A stretch of 64,000 bases of DNA from Vicugna vicugna (taxonomy: Eukaryota), in assembly GCA_013265495.1 (NCBI GenBank), contig MU057801.1, forward strand, positions 2,076,301 to 2,140,300, in the 5' to 3' direction. The translations under genes were made by a program, and so were the position numbers. Each line of letters begins with the position of its first letter. Positions within the stretch are counted from its first letter, which is position 1. This document shows positions 62,816 to 64,000 of this stretch, piece by piece. Under the pieces are notes generated by a model, which saw only the letters and a program-made list of their open reading frames with translations, was not told where the DNA came from and did not search any database.

Positions 62816-64000
62816 GCAGGGCCAGCCGGGGAGGGAGGCCTACGTAAGAACGCGGTGACAGCGCCGCCAGCACCTGAGCCGCCCCCTGCCCCCCTCTGCC
62901 CCGCCCCCCGTGAGGAAGCGGCGCCCACCAGAACACTGCGCGTTGCGATGGTTCCCAAAAGGCCTCACACAAGCTGAAAGTGCATTTCAAGAACTTTGTG
63001 ACTGTGATCAAAACCATCGACCTCTGCAAGCATCTGGTCTAGTGACTTCTGCTTGGGGACCGACTCTGAGGACGTCTCCCGCCCCTCGGGTCCCCGACAA
63101 GTCAGCCCTCGCTCACCCAGTGCACGCGTCACTAAATCACGCCCTCACGTCAGCGATTCCACACCTGAGGAAGTCGTCTGAAGAGCACGAACTGCAGCTG
63201 TCAGCACGGTGTCTCAAAGCGGAAGCAACTGCAGGTCCCCCCGGGTCACCGGGGTGCCGAGTCCGTTACGTCCATTTACACCATGCAACCCCATGCCACC
63301 AGCAGAGCAACGCTCACGGAAGTCCTGTGCCGAGCACACGAGAGGCAAAGTGGGAAACAGGAGACCGGGTAACGCATGGAAGGCTGTCTCGACGCACACG
63401 CTGTGTGAAACACGCGGTGTGTGAAGGGCTGGTGGGGCAAGGAAAACGGTGTGTGGATTTTCACCAAACTGGGAAAACACGAAAGGAAGTGCACCAGATT
63501 GTTGGCAGAAATTTTCTTTTTGGGCTGGGTTTTTAAAAGTTTTGTTTGTTCTTTCCATGCTCTTCACGATGAGTACGTGTCACATTCAAGACTGGAAATA
63601 AAACTTACTTTGCAAGCAGAGTACGCACGCAGAAAGGTGCTTCGATGGCAGTGACGAAGCCGTGCGTGCTGCATCCCCGAGACCGTGTGTAGCTGGGCCG
63701 GCTCACGGCCAACCCGGTTCAGGGCCCCGGGCCTGCAGGTGGGGGGCCTCGTCCCGTTCAGGGGGAGGTCCCAGGAAGGCGAATGGGTGGCTGGCCCGCA
63801 GGGCAGGTGGCTGGTCTTGGAGCCACAGTAAACTGCAAGTCTGCATGTTCCGGGAGGGACCTGAGGTCAGACCAGCCCCTAGAACGTGTGAGAACATGGT
63901 CCCCTCACCTCAGCTCTCCCACCGCTGTCCTCGTGGTCCCGTGCCCTCAAGATGCCCTCCGCCCTCCCCGGCTCCGTGTGGTCCTGCCCGCACTCCTTTA

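Noticed and set aside
62446-63029. His/Thr-rich and Cys/Val-rich ORFs
   Set aside because: They are translations of a TG/CA low-complexity tract.
1-64000. Hundreds of 60-260 aa ORFs in the supplied track
   Set aside because: Stop-codon scarcity at high GC explains them; they overlap on both strands, many use non-ATG starts, and none shows family motifs.

Overview
This window is mammalian genomic DNA, not microbial. It is GC-rich (roughly 60% by eye), keeps unusually many CpGs, and has one 52-N assembly gap. A degenerate tRNA-derived SINE resembling camelid Vic-1 and cetartiodactyl-type L1 3' ends suggest a camelid, probably a subtelomeric region; this is inference. I found no recognisable protein-coding gene. 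The ORF track is dominated by overlapping Pro/Gly/Arg/Ala-rich ORFs expected by chance at this GC content. What can be supported is a mosaic of ancient and lineage-specific repeats (L1, L2, MIR, MLT1, an ERV1-like solo LTR, MER44/Tigger7, Charlie1, MER33), a recent 287-bp tandem duplication, several CpG-rich islands, and AT-rich non-repeat islands with clustered transcription-factor motifs. Repeat family names come from my recollection of consensus sequences and need RepeatMasker/Dfam confirmation. The most striking signal is strong local A/T-to-G/C substitution in normally AT-rich transposon relics. It peaks at 57.66-57.96 kb, where a Charlie1 fragment and an inserted SINE (including its A-rich tail) appear to have been rewritten into the flank of a promoter-like CpG island with a perfect minus-strand splice donor. 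This is consistent with a GC-biased gene conversion hotspot. I see no evidence of a novel multi-gene system, CRISPR array or RNA gene.
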